From assembly GCA_013239625.1 (NCBI GenBank), contig MU053810.1, forward strand, positions 2,057,518 to 2,121,517: a stretch of 64,000 nt of DNA, in the 5' to 3' direction. Origin of the DNA: Lama guanicoe. Its lineage: Eukaryota. Below are positions 12,186 to 26,094 of this stretch, in pieces. The notes under the pieces are model-generated. The model worked only from the letters and a program-made list of their open reading frames with translations. It was not told where the DNA came from and ran no database searches. The position numbers and the translations under genes were made by a program. The first letter of the stretch is position 1; each line of letters starts with the position of its first letter.

Positions 12186-13259
12186 CTTCCTGAGCCAGGG
12201 TCTCTCGCTGCTGCTCCCAGCGTTCTCACCTACACTTTGCTGGTGGCTCTGACTCTTTTCTGAAGAAGGTGGGCCGGAAGAGGGAAGTAAGTTCAAGTCG
12301 ACTTGGCACAATGGAGAGAAAGCAGCCAAGCAGGGTGGAAGGGAATTCGTGTTGCTTGATTCTCAGCTCCCACTTCAGGCTTCCAAGTCCTCAAAACGAC
12401 TTTCTACATTCAGGTTTTCAAAAATTGTTTCGCTGAGAGCCTCACGGAAGAAGCAGATACCGTCCTTTCTTGCCTCCGTGCCAGTCCCTGAGATACCTGA
12501 ACAGACCCCCATGTCCCCCGGGGAGACACAGTGGAAACTGCTGAAGTCTGGCTGGTTTGATCAGGGTCGGGATCCGAGGGCAGGACCCTCTACAGAACCG
12601 TCCCCTGGGCACCTCACCCTGGCATCACAGATGAATGGTGTGCAGATGAATGCCCGGCCGCCACAGTCCCCTCCAAACCTCCACGCTCCTTGGTAAGAGC
12701 ACCGGCCCTGGCCTCCAGCAGGGCTATGGGTGATCCAGGTCTGGTCCCCTGAGAATAGATGGAACCACAGGATCCTACTCACCTGAGGTTCCCGAGCTCA
12801 AGTCAGAGGTACACTTACTTTAAAAATAGCAAAGGAAACACAACTCCTGTCATTAACTTTTCCCTGCGTAATGTGGTTTCCAGGCCTGCTCACTACCTTG
12901 AGAATTTTCTCCTGGATAGATTCCAGTTTGCCAGAGTCTAAGAAAAACAAAAATTTAAGAATACAATTAAATTCTCCATAACTGGAGGGCCGAATTATAA
13001 AGTGCATACACACATATAAAAAATAAAAAATTATATATATATATACACTTATTTTTTTGGTAGGAGAGACACATGGAAGACAAAAATATTAGTGATGGCT
13101 GACAATGTCTGGGCATTTCCCATAGATTACATCTTCTAATCTTTATGTAACAGGTACGTCAAGGCTAGATCACCAGTAAGAGAGAAATTCTTCCTCTGCT
13201 GATTTCTTTCTCTCCTACAGAAAAACGAACAAACAACAAGAAAACAGAAAAACAATCTC

Positions 13260-13620
13260 TAGGCCTGGGGGTCTTCCTGGATTCTTTAGGGATCATGCTC
13301 CTTCCAGCTCACAATTCCGCCACCACTAAGGGAACAGCCCTCGCCCTCGTGGTCCAAGGACGCATTTCCTTCTAGGAGACCATGTTGACCAAGAGAAGGA
13401 AAAAGAGAGAAGGACAAAGAGCAGGTGCCAGGTCTCTCTTAAGGAAGGTTCGCAGACGCGGTCACACATCTCTTCTCATGTGTCCCGGTGGTCAGAACTT
13501 TGTCATGTGGCCAACTGCAAAGAGCCCAGGAAATGTATTCTTTTGTTTCATGGCCATGAGCTCAGCCAAAATTGATCTTACTCTGTAGGAAGGGGAAATA
13601 GATATTTGGGGACAAGCAGC
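13260..13620. mobile_element. Old MLT1 (J/K-like) LTR fragment
   Basis: ggtcagaactttgtcatgtggccaactgcaaagagcccaggaaatgtattc resembles older MLT1 subfamilies. Confidence 0.5.
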
Positions 13621-13889
13621 AGTAGGTCTGCCACAGCTTCCAACAACTCCAGGAACAAGTATGGTTAAGCTCATTGAACAAACGGGGAAACTGAGGTTCA
13701 AAAAGGTGAGATAACTTGCCTGTGGTCACACAACATGCTATAGCCACTACCTAAATTAGAAATTCTTACACCAAAGCCTGTTTTATTTCCTCTACATGCC
13801 CCCAAAATAGGAGCAGAATGACACATGTATAAGAAGTTGTCCGATTTTCCAGCATTTGCATCGCAGCCATGGTTGTCAGTATGCTGGGT

Positions 13890-14310
13890 GAACTATGGCC
13901 TGTCCCCTTTCTCTTCCATCTCCCTTGTCACCAGCCTAGTACAACCACGTCACCTGATTACTGCCGTGGCCTGCTATCAGATTCCACTCTCCTCTTGTTC
14001 TCTCTGATTTACTTTCCACAGAGCAAAAGGGTGGGCTTTCAAGATCTCATGTGTAATCATTTTATTTCACTGCTTAAAAACCTTTGATAACTTCTCATTG
14101 CTTTTTGGATGAGGTCCAACACCGTCCATGAGGTTCCCAGGCCTTGCACACTCTGGCCCCACCAACCCCCCAGCTGCCTCGCCCATGACTCCCCTCCTTC
14201 CCTCTCTGGACGACTCTGGACTCCACAGACACTCCACGGTGCCTCCCACTTCGGGGTCTTACCCATGCTCTTCCCTCTGTCCTCAGTCTCTCCCACCTGC
14301 ATCTTTGTCA
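13890..14310 (+). mobile_element. L2 LINE fragment
   Basis: tcactgcttaaaaacctttgataacttctcattgc and cacctgattactgc...ggcct resemble the L2 3' region. Confidence 0.7.
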
Positions 14311-14319
14311 AGTCCAAAA

Positions 14320-14560
14320 AAGAAATTCTTCATGATTTTTTAGGATCTATTAAACTTGTAATTAATCATGGAAGAATGAACGTATTTACAATGTTTGATC
14401 TCCCCATTCAGGAATGGGGGGGTCTCCATTCATTTCTACTTTTATATCACTTAGAGTGTTCTGTCCTTTTCTTCTTATAGGTCCATTCATTTTCTCACTG
14501 GAATTTTTCTTAGGTTTTGTTGCTCTTTGTGACTGGAGTCTTTCTTCCCATGTGGGGAGG
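14320..14560 (-). mobile_element. Old L1 (L1ME-like) ORF2 fragment
   Basis: gaagaatgaacgtatttacaatgtttgatctccccattcaggaatgg resembles antisense L1 ORF2. Confidence 0.55.
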
Positions 14561-14899
14561 TGGGAGGGAAGACATTCAGCTTCCTAGTTTTATAGAATCT
14601 ATGTTTCTAAAGCAGAGACGAAGCAGGGGAGGAGAAAGGAACAGGTCTTTCTACCTACATTTAGGCAATTATTTGTACATCACTGATTGGCATTTTTACT
14701 AAGTTCAATTCAGCCTTGAATTTAGTAAAACTTCCCTCTTAATACTAGCATTAATGTGGTAGGCAGTCCTAATTTCAGTTTTCTTCTGTCCTGGGTGTTC
14801 ATAGGTACTCTAGCAAGAATTTGCAAGAGCCAAGAGGGGAACTCATCAAATATCATTGTGTACTGAATCTTCTGTTCTTACATTCTGAGCACAGGGTTT

Positions 14900-15420
14900 T
14901 CAAACAGGTCCCGGCCATCCAAGAGTACTTTCATCACTATGTGTATTTTGCTGTATTATCCATAGTGATATCTTGACCAATTTTGCAAACATCTTCCTAA
15001 GACCGAGAAACACTAGACCTGTGTTAGTCCCCTGATGCCCCAGCTCAGTAAAATGCTTTCACAAAACATGAGGTTAGTTTGGCATGATTTGTTCCTGGTG
15101 ACTCCATGTCTCCTAGCAGTCAACACATTCCTTTCAAAGTGCTCATAAGACATCTGCTTTAAATTCATTCTATAATTTGACCAAATGTTGACCAAAGTTA
15201 TTAGCCTGTAGTTTCTGGGACCCACCTTTTTTTGTAACTTGCGACATTGACTTGTTATTAACTTTCTGATTCTTCTCTTGTTGTATATGATTTTTTTTTT
15301 AAAGATTACCAGTGGTGACTCCCTGATTACATATTTGAATTCCTCCAACACCCTGGGAGAAAACTTGGCTGCACCTGAAGGCATGAATTGATGACATGAA
15401 TTAAGGCTCGCTCTCCATTT
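14900..15420 (-). mobile_element. CR1/L3 LINE reverse-transcriptase relic
   Basis: ORF 15013-15438 encodes PRVLEEF...IRESPLVIF, PRNYRLITL and HGVTRNKSCQTNL. These are degenerate versions of CR1 RT motifs (PRVLKEL, PGNYRPVSL, HGFTKNKSCQTNL). Confidence 0.85.
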
Positions 15421-17044
15421 CCAGTCATTTGGGGCCACAGTTTCTTTATTATATAGATTGCTCTACTCTGTTAGAATTCGGGGACTCTCCAGAGAACCAG
15501 CAGCGGTGGGGGTGTTCTCGTCCTTAACCAGGAAAATTGTCTTAAGCCAGCGCAGAAAGCAAAGTGTGTCCTGACTTGGGATCAACACCCCCACCCAGCC
15601 GCGGAGGCAGGGTTTACTCTGGGATCTGCAAGCTTGTCCTGATTTCTCCATTTCTGAGCTTTCCAGCAGCCTGTTTCCTCGCACTGAAAACCTCCGTGCA
15701 CCATGCCCACTGTGAATAGCCTACGTGTTTTGAATATCCAGCTCACCCTTCTGGATTTATGGCTTGTCTCTGATGCTTGAATTGGACCTGGCATGAAGAC
15801 CTGAGGACACGCATCCCCACCCTCTTGTCTGTGGGTGACGGCCCCACAGCCGGTTCTTGAGGCTGTGTGTCCCTTCACCTTCTGGCCTGCCCTGCCCCTG
15901 CTGCCAGTGTGGGCTCCACCGTGCTTTCTCCCCGTGAAGCCACACACGCTGCGCCCTGGGCTCCCGGCTGTCTTTCCCCGGCTGCATGAGTACCCTCGGG
16001 AATTCTGAAGCCAGCACACACTGCAGCACAAACGACAGACGCCGTGCCACACTGTGTCCCATGACTAAGGTACTTAAACCATTCCGCACCCCATCTCTTC
16101 CATGGTCAATCCGATTCTTGTCAGGAGAACTTGTATGGCTTCTTTACCCCCACATGAACGGGACCTGGCCACTTGTAGGAAATTAATAAATGCCTATTGC
16201 AGTGACACAAGTAACAACAAATGATCGATCCACGTTCCCTTTGGGAAAAGCTCTGTAAGTTTTGCAGCCGCCCGTTTTCACAAAGCAGATATGTCCTTCC
16301 AAAACCGCATCCAAAGCAGCTCCGTTCCTGACCTACGCTGAGACACGGCCCTCTCTCCTATTGTCCTCACGCAAATGCCCAAGCCCCTTAAACTGGACGT
16401 CATTCAGACCTGGAACATTCCAGGCATCCTCAGGACCTGCTGGCTTGGGTACATTATCCTGGTGCCCAGGACCTGTCTGATCCCCGACCTGGGATGGGAC
16501 CCACTCACAGAGGTCACACCACGGCTCTGGTAAGAGAATCCACATTCCATGCAGGACATTACCAGCAGTGGGTTCAAAGGATGACAATCAAAGCTATCAG
16601 AAGTCAGCCAACGTCCAAGATGTATGTCCAACCCCAGAGGACTGCTCAGCTCTGATGCATACGACACATTTCATTCCAACACACAGGCTTCCCGTGGGAA
16701 CCAGACTGTGCCCTGACTTATGAGCACCTCCACCCTCGCTCCCACCTCACCCTCAGATCAATCACATGCTCTTCAAGACACCATCAGGAGGTTCTATGTC
16801 AACATGGTAACTATGGATAATCAATAGGATGGTGACTGTATCATTACTTGTCATCTTTTATTTGCCAACAAGGATTTGATATGGAGGTATATCAAGTGGT
16901 GTAAAGAATTAACTTATTTCTAAATAAAATAATTTTATTACATCTATATAGTAAGAAGCTTAGGAGAGACAATTTTCTGATCATTCATATATTCAATTTC
17001 AGTCTAATCTATTGCAGCAAAAGGTATTCAGAAACAGTGCACAG

Positions 17045-17058
17045 CTGCCCTCTTGTGT
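17045..17058 (-). promoter_or_regulatory. Weaker candidate CTCF site
   Basis: Minus strand ACACAAGAGGGCAG, one mismatch to the CTCF core. Confidence 0.3.
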
Positions 17059-18784
17059 CTCCTTATTAAATCTATTAGGGAGGGTTTAAATACTAGGATT
17101 CAATTAGCTATGCATTTTTAAAGGTCACCACGTACCACTACTTTTCTACTTGTGAAATTAATATCCTAAAGGGTAATTTACAAAGCACAGTATGTAAAAA
17201 TATGCCAAATCTCTCTACCAATTAAACAGTACTTATTGGCATAAACATCTAAATATTTAAAAAGTAATATAATTACTCTGTCCAGGTCTTCCCCTAACCC
17301 AGTACCCAGAAGTCTTTACATGCATTTGTATTGTCTCATTATACTTAATTCATGCTCCATTAATATTTAATCTGCTCTTATTGAGTGCATGGATCTGCGC
17401 AGATCTTTTGCTACTGGCCGCTCAATGGCCCCACAGAAGTTGAAATGGAAGTGAGTTCTCTTTTGTAACAATTGGCGACTGAGCACCTAGTATGAGCGAA
17501 GTCCTGTGCAAAGTTCTTTACAAATAAAATATATAGAACGTGCCTGAAAAGGAAATCTTACCTCCATTGAACAGATAAAGAAACCCAGGCACTAGAGTTA
17601 GGGAGCGCCTCCCAAGAAGCTAAAGGTAGCGTCATTCTTCAGACTCTAACTCTGCCGTCCCAGACCACAGCTCTTTTCTTCGCTATCCCTCCACCGTGAT
17701 AAGCTATCTCCATGAGTTCACAGTCAGCCAGCCATTCTGCATCCTGAAAGCAATCTGATTAAAGTGACAGGAAGCTCATACAATGAAGATAAGGGCATCA
17801 TCCGGGTATCATCAGTGTCCACACAAGTGGACATTCTGTTTCTTTATTCTTTATTAAGTGCTGGACGCTTCTAGCTCTGTATTGTGTTTTTCTATATTAA
17901 GAAAGAGTGGAGATAAAACATTGAAAGCAAGCCATATCGTTTGGGGGAAATTGGGAGCTATCCTTTTGTACAAATTAGCACTGACGTGGTGGCCCCACAC
18001 AATAACCAGGTAGAGAGGGGATCCAGGAGGGATGCACGGGGACCAACCAACTGCGCGGTCTCCGTCCCTAACCTCCTGGGAGGGAAAGCTTCTGGGAGAA
18101 CTTACAACAGAGAGACAGAAATAAGACGTAGTGAAGGAAACACAAGCTGAGGTGCAACAGTCTGACGATAAGCAGGTGTGCGTGGAGGTGGGAAGGGGAC
18201 GATCCGGGGAGGCTGTGGGGAAAGCGTGAGGGACGTGGGATTTGAGGCAGGGAGGAGGCTGCACCTCCATACTACATGGTGCAGTACATCTCCACGTAAG
18301 CCCCGCTGCCCCAGCAGGGCTCCCTCCAGGGAGGGCATAAATGAAACCGATCCTGCGATCTTGACTCCAACCCGACAGAGAGCGACAAGGTGGGCAATCA
18401 TCCTTCTAGACAGTGTAATTAGCAACAGTGATCTGGGGCCTGCAGCAGTGGCCGGCTTGTCTCGAGGTCACTGCCAACGGTTCGAGTCGGAGCAGTGAGC
18501 ACAGCCTCCCTGCAGGGCCCAGCTTCCCGAGGCGGGGCGGCGCCACAGGAAAACCAGGAGAGTCGAAGTCCTAAGTCCTGGGCTCCATCCCAGCTCCATA
18601 ACCAACTTGAGTGAGACTTTGGGCCAACTCGCTCACCTTTCTGGGTCCTAGTTTCTCCATCTTTCAGGTGTCTTCCTTGGGCACTCAGACAGTCCCTCCA
18701 TTCTTAAAGTTCTCTAAACTCAGTCCCTTTCAAGTGACACCTAATTGTGCCCAGCTGGCCACAAGTTCTGATTTTTTTCATTCC

Positions 18785-19162
18785 TGTTATGGGCTGGACT
18801 TTGTCCTCCCATAACTTGTATGTTGAAGACCTAACCCCCAGTATCTCAAAATGTGACTGTTGTGGGAGAGAAGGTCTTTAGAGAGGTAAGTTAAAATGAG
18901 GTGAGGAGGGTGGGTTCTGATCCAACAAGACTGGTGTCCCATCAGAAGAGGAAGTTGGGACCCAGGCCTATACAGAGGGACGACCACGTGGAGACACAGG
19001 AGGAAGATGGCCATCCGCGGGCCAAGCAGAGAAGCCTCAGAGGAAGCCAATCCTGCTCAGATCTGGATCTTGGACTTCCAGCCTCCAGGACAGTGAGGAA
19101 ACAAATTTCTGTTGTTTAAGCCCCCGAGTCTGCGGTCCTGGCAGCCCTGGCAAACTAACGCA
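18785..19162 (+). mobile_element. Complete MLT1B-like MaLR solo LTR
   Basis: TG...CA termini, a typical MLT1 body, and a perfect 5-bp TSD ATTCC at 18780-18784 and 19163-19167. Confidence 0.9.
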
Positions 19163-22100
19163 ATTCCACACTCTTTTCCTGGTCATCCATCCTCTTTTAT
19201 GTCCGATTCCTTCTCTGCATTTTCTGTTTCTATTTCCCCTCGCTCAGTAATCTTCAACACTTACGGGCACCATCTTCACTACAGCCTTTCGCTTCCCCCC
19301 TGCAAATTCCCACCCCCACCTCTGCTCGGTAGCGTCTGTGAGGTTTTAACACACAGCAATTGCATATGTAAAAATGATGGCATTAAAACGTACCAGACAT
19401 AAAGCCATTTCTGCAACTAAAAGGGATGCTCCGGAAAATTAAAATAAACAATGGCATTCAATGTCAGAAAGGCTCTGATGGAACAAACGGTTGACAGTAG
19501 GATAAATTAGAAGGAACTTTTGGGAGGGTAATCTGGACAGATATACCAAATTGGAATAAAAGCCCCAAAACATTCATGCCCCAGTGCTGAATATTCCAGG
19601 CAACTACATGGAAGCCCAGGAAGCTGGGGGCGGGGGGAGAGTGGGGTGGACTGCAAACCGCCAAGAAGCACGTGAAGAAAATGTTCAGCTACAGAAATGA
19701 AAGACATAAAAGAGGAACAATCTACTGATAGCGGGTGTCTAAGCTGTAAATTTTGCTGAGTGACAAGTTCATAACAATATTTATTAAAAAGCCTTCAAAT
19801 TATATGATCCTCTTGCCCCAGCAGTTCCATTTTGAGGAAAGTTCCCTAATGGAAAAAATAATATGAAAATGCTCACTGCATCACTGTAAAAGGGAAACAA
19901 TCTAAATGTTTAGTAAGAAGGTTAAATAATTTATCTATATGATGAAATCTTGCACAAAAATTATTTAACCATAAAAGAAATTTTCATTATACAATGTCAG
20001 TTGGGAAAAAGGTTCATAAAATTGTTTACAAGACAATTATTGTTAAAAATATGTGCACATGTATTAATAAATACTCTGCAAGGATGCACATCAACCCCCA
20101 TCATCTCTGCTAGTGGGCTCGCGAGTTATTTTTTTCTCTCTACTCTTCTGCATGCTTTACAGTGAGGATGGACTACTTTTGTAAGTAGAGAACCAATACC
20201 TTCTTTTAAAAACAAGAAATAGAAGGGATGGAGTAGAATGGAAAGGGAAGGAAGGGGAAGCAGGAGGGCACACCATTGGGAAGGAGGTGATCTGTCACAA
20301 CGAGCCCTGAATCTCTCTCCTGCGTCCAAATCCGAACCCTGCTGGCATCTCATGTGTGTTTTTAAAAATGCTTGTTGAAATGACATTTAAAAACCAAGCT
20401 GGTTTGAAGTCCTGATGCATTCTAACCACTCAAACTACAAGAGGTTTGAGTTTGGACCAGATGGCAGCTTCACTCTCCTCCTGAAGTCTCCCCGGGAGAA
20501 GAAAGGGCTGGACAGGGAACAGAATGTGTGCTGACTTCAGACCAGCACTCTGAAGACCCTGCTCTCCTTTTATCTTAATTTGCAGTTGCAGAGTCTTAAA
20601 GGAAATGAGATACTGCCTTCGCAATCCGTGATATGGGAGTCTGGACACCATCAATTCTGCTGTTGCTCCAAAGTGTCCTTGCCAGTGTCTGGGTGATCAA
20701 AGCAGGACACCGCCTGGCGCTCACAGCTGTGCAGCAGAGCCCTTCCTGGGACATTAAAGGAACCAGCAGGGCAGCCTCAGATAAGCACTTGCTCTCCTCC
20801 TCCCATTTTAGGACTGAGCGGACGCCCAGAGCAGCAGTGTGTGAGGGGTGAGGCTCTGTGATGGGAGACAGAGGAGCCAGGCTTTTATCCATCCTTCAAA
20901 GCATGGCCATTGGATGATGGCAGAGTCCCCAGTTTTCTCAGGCCCTGGTCTTCTCATCAATAAAATGAGACAATCATGCCATGTCTTCCTCAAGGCGGGG
21001 GCTGGACTCAAGGTCTCTGCTCCCTGCACATCTATGAGTCCAAAGGCAATGTGCATGGAAGGGCACACGTGTTCCCCACTGAAATTCATCCACCTCAGAA
21101 ATGTGAGGCTACCCAACTTCAACAGAACGCAGAGCCTACACTGCTCCTCTCAGATTAACATAGCTTTCTCAGACTTTAAAGGGAAAACAAAAATCCTCAT
21201 AAAGTCTGGGGCATCACACAATCCTAAAGTCAGGGAACAGATCCCAATCTGCACTCACACAAAGTCAGTTTGCAGCATTTTCCAGGTGCTGTCTCAGTCT
21301 GCCTTTCCCCCAGAAGAGCTGAGCGACACAACTGGGTGCAGCACTGTTTTGTGGACACCACAAAACCACAAAGACGTGGAAAGATAAATGAGGCCGACAG
21401 AGACGGAATCTACTTCCCGACGGGGAATAAGTTTGAAAGATCCAATTCCACTGCAAGCTGAAACTCTGGGTCCTGCTCCACATGGGACCTGGCGGGTCCT
21501 CAGATCTGCCCCCGCTTTTGCTCTCTCCTGCCAGCGATGCCGCTGCTCCCGGGGCTCACGCACTCACCTGACTCAGTCATCTTCGGCTTAGGGCTCCTTT
21601 GGCTGGTGACTCCCCTCCACCCCAGTCAACCATCATGTAGATCCTGGATCAGAAATATAATTAAATTGACTCTGCCAAATTCTTTAGGATACTACATTAC
21701 GTGGCTACCATTTTGGGGTGTCAGTCATGATCAGGGGGCGTATCAAGACCAGAAGCCCTGTCTGAAGTTCTGAAACATGTCTCAATGTCCTTCAAACACG
21801 AAATCTTTTAATACTACTGACAGCCAACACAACATGACTACATTCTCCTACCATAAACATTTTTTATTTGCCTGCTTTGAAAAATAAATCATCATAGGAG
21901 CCATGCTCTCCCCGACTCTCACGCCTTTCTGGGTTTAAATCATAGAAAATGGACGAACCGTCCTGTATCCATCCCTCATTTTTCTGGGTGGGGAGTGGCT
22001 GCAGGCAGAGAGAAGTCACATCGCCTGGACCACTGGGTGGGTCACACGAAACAACTTTGTCTCCAAGTTTTCAGGTACCTCTTCTCCCAGCTACACTAAA

Positions 22101-23586
22101 ATTAATGTAAGCCAGTGGGTTTGTCAACAAAAGAAATGATGTGTTACAAATCATCATCATCAGAGCCACCTTTTTGGGAAGAAAAGCAACATAACACAGA
22201 GATGCAAAGGTTCAGAAATCATTTTGTGTGGCACCGTATTGAAAGTCAAAGCATTTCTTTCTAAAAGAAAGATGTACACACAGCTAGGAAGTGTTTATAA
22301 ACATTGGAAAGTGTGCCTACAACAAGCCTTATACTAGGTATTGATTAAGGGAGCTAAATGCATCCAAAATATTACTAATCATTAATTTAACTGGGGCAAG
22401 GGTACCCGAGATAAAACATGCAAACATACTGTCAGACTTTTAAAGGAGGCAGATGTTCAACATTCTTGCCAGAATTCTATAAACAAAGCTATGATTTCCC
22501 TCCGAGCAAGGACTTATTATAAATAATCACCAACAACTATTTTGCTTTGCAAGTGATTTTTTCCCTGTGTTGCCCAGTTAATGTTGCAAATCTGACTCCT
22601 ATCAAGTACTAGATGGGAATGACAACTCCAAATCCATGAAACCTAAAACGGGAGATAAGAGCATTTTAATAAATGGTTCTGCTGCAGACTGTAGGACAAT
22701 AAACTCCAGGAAGCACATGGTTTCCAAAAATAATCAGGGAGGAAGTAAGGACGCAGGAAAGTCTACGTAATAACCAATTATCAAAAGAAGGAAATGAAGT
22801 CTTCCACATCTGTAAAACTTTGGTATAATTAACTCTTTGCAACCTGCTGAGTTTTTTTTTCCAGCAGAATAAGTCATAATTAGGATAATCAAAGGGTACA
22901 TCGTACACACAAACCCACGCATGTGTATAACCTGACTTTCGTTCAGGAAAATGTAATGTTATGAAAATTATGGAAACCTGCCATTGTTACTTAAATTAAA
23001 ATTGGGCAGAAGACTGAAGTATTTCTAGTACCAGCTGTTAGTGACTAAATTTGCCCACACGTCTGATGCTTAGAGGGACCGAGACAGCTCTCAGGGCCAC
23101 TTTCAGCTTTGCACCCTTCAGCTCAAACAGCAGGTCCTCCAAGAAGTCTTCCACCCCCTCCCTCGAGCCACAGGTCACCCCTTCGCAGCCACAGGACCTG
23201 GGGGAGCACGAGGCTTCCCCCTTCCACAGCGCCTCTCTAACTGCAAGTAAGCATTTAATTGTGTAAGGCCACACAGGTGCGTGAATGTACGTTCTTGGTT
23301 GTGTAAGTCGCCCCTCACTGCACAGTATGTAAACGTTAGGAGGAAAGTCGTGTGTCCTGTTCCTTGAATCACGTAAATGCTGAATAAATACATGTTGAGG
23401 GAAAAGTTACAGCTACTGCTTCATCCACCTTAATCAAGACCTACCACTGAGGGAACTTGGAAGAACTGCATATTTCTGAAAGCTCTGAAAAACAATTCGG
23501 CTTTTGTCCCTGGAACACCCGTGTCTATGTCACTCTAACATGGCCTGGTCATTTCCTTGTCCTTTGCCAAACATTTAGAAATCGAA

Positions 23587-23718
23587 GGGAGAGGATATGG
23601 CTGAGCGTCAGAGCACATGCCCCGCGTGCACAAGGTCCTGGGTCCAACCCCCAGCACCTCCATTAAATAAATAAACAAACCTAATTACTCCCCCCAAAAA
23701 ACAAAACAAAACAAAACT
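23587..23718 (+). mobile_element. tRNA-derived SINE (camelid Vic-1-like)
   Basis: Degenerate A/B-box head, then cctccattaaataaataaacaaacctaattac and an A-rich tail. Flanked by tttagaaat(c/t)ga repeats. Confidence 0.8.
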
Positions 23719-26094
23719 TCGCTTTAGAAATTGATGAGAACACTCCTCTAAAAAACCCAGCCCCTTCTTTGTACAAGTCCACTTGTTGAAGTTAAATTCA
23801 TTTGCTGTTAAATGCTGATACCCTTGACGGGGCCCAGGGAACCAACTTCTAACTACAGAGAGTTTCAATAGGATATGTAAGGCATAATGTAACTGCAGAA
23901 TAAAAGAAAACAAAAGAAAATTACTAAAGACAACCCTGGAACATTTCAACTGTAAAAATGTAACTGGCATTTCAATCACATCGGCCACTTGGTGTTTCAC
24001 TTAGGGGACAGGGTGCAAATCTTTCCAACATTCATGAAATTTGTTCCTTATCAAAATGAGAGGAGGTGGCTTCATACCGGCAGTGGGGCCAGGACAAAGC
24101 CCTGAGCCTCGGACACGGAGTGTGGCCGCCCCCGCGGCCCCAGGGGTCAGGGCTCCCTAATCTTGGGGGCCAGCGCTAACGAGCATCGCCAGGGGCTGGG
24201 CTGGCACCAGCCATCCACGCTGCCTTTCATTCCATCTGTCCTCAGTCTCTTTTCCCTTCTCAGGCTCTCTGCCTGCTCCCAGCTGACGCTTACTCCTGAC
24301 TTCTCCCTTCTTTCTCTGTGTCTTTCAGCTTCTAATAATAAAACCACTTGACCAACTGCTCTATGCTGTGAACTCAGGCTCTTCGGGGAGATTTGCAGGC
24401 GCAGCGACCATCATGCATGTGGGGTCAAGTTCTCCTGCAGCTCCTTCACGGGCTCCTGGGATCTCCTACAGATCGATCACCTTGATCCAGTCGCCTGTCA
24501 CCAGAGTGGTGAGATCACGTGAGATTATCGAAAGCTACTGAGGCCCCATGGCCTTGGATAGCAACCCTCTGCACAAAGTGGGGCTAGTCTGGCTCAAGAA
24601 CCATTTCAAAAGCAATCTAATCTCTAAATTTAGGATGCAGAAAAGTTCCTTATTTTTTCAAGTGGAGTAACAGGCAGGCATTCAGATCTGCTCATTTCTC
24701 TGCTTCAGTCTACTCCTCTCTTTCATGTTTGCCACTTACAAAAAAGCGAAACTAAGACCAAAATGCCATGGTATAAATACAAAATCAGTAACTGGGTCCT
24801 TTGTTCCAATATTGACTTTTCACCCTTTAAACCCATGTTCTCATTCTATTTTTCATCAGAACTCTGCTGCTCCCAAGCACAAATATAAATGGACAAAGGC
24901 CTGAGATTTTGCTTAGAACTGCAGAAAGTAGCTTAAGTTCACACTTGGACCATATCCAGGTTTCTGCCATCACAAAACCCTTATTCAATCCCTCTGGGTA
25001 GGAGAAGCAGATTACATGAAGAAAGGAACAAAACTTTCCTTTTATCTACTTTTCAATTTATTATGGTCTGAGTATTTTTATAAAAAGTTATTTTGGTAGA
25101 CTTCTGGTGGTCCTAGATGTCTCAATTACCTGCAAAACTAACTTCATGAGTTTTTAAGTTAATAAAATTATACACATGGTATGTTCGAAACCTAAATTAT
25201 TTTAGTTCAGGAAAAAAAAAATCTTGCTAAGTTACTCACTTCTCTGTGGCTTGGTTCCAAAGAGTAAAATTTATGAGTGTGATGGGGAAAAAAAAAATCT
25301 TGGAGAGAGGGGGGAAAAAAAAAAGCAAATTTTTCAAATAAATAAATAAATAAGCTGTTTTGTCATTTGAAATATCAGTATGTTAGATGATTAATATCAC
25401 AGAAATATTCACTTCATACTTTTGGAATATGAAGAAAACGAAATTCAAGATTAGGAAGAGTGTCTGTTCTAAGAGCAAGTACACTAAATGTGCCATCAGC
25501 AGAGTTTATCAGTTTACAATTCAGAGGCGTTGGGCATCAAAGAGGAACTTGTACAAAATAATACAAGAAAGTTCAGATCCTAGTCTCAACAGATTTATAT
25601 CAGGGCAAAAACAAGGGACTAACTCACTTTTTCCAGCTATGGGGGAACTAGGAGGAAAACCAATTTTGCTCGGTGATAAATCAGCCATTCTTGGCTGGGA
25701 AGTCAGAGCATCTCTCCGTTTCGTGCACTCAGCTTGTGCACTTTCTGTTCTCTGCTGCAAGCTGTTTCTTGCATCTTACAAATATGAGAAAATTAAAATC
25801 GTACTAGTGAGGACATATGAGGAATGTAATCTTGAAAGATGTGAACTACGATGATGTATTATTGCAGTACTTTGATATAAAATCAGAGAGGGACTGCATA
25901 ATATTGTTATCATTAAAAACTAAATGTATTGGGGGAGGAGGACACATTTTGGAGGACTCGCCCATGTACGCACACTGAAGCCAGCACACACCTTCGAGGC
26001 GATTCGATGTGAGTTGTCATGATAAACCCATCCCCCGGGCATTATCAATGACCCGTGCTCCAAGAAACCAAGGTGAGAACCAAGAAGTGGAATC

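Noticed and set aside
15013..15438. Domesticated reverse transcriptase gene
   Set aside because: A short, degenerate CR1/L3 fragment with no catalytic YADD region in the ORF.
20848..21387. 179-aa ORF
   Set aside because: No recognisable domain or convincing splice context; consistent with a chance ORF.
25387..25854. 155-aa plus-strand ORF near the NEBL 3' end
   Set aside because: No recognisable homology; AT-rich, UTR-like context.
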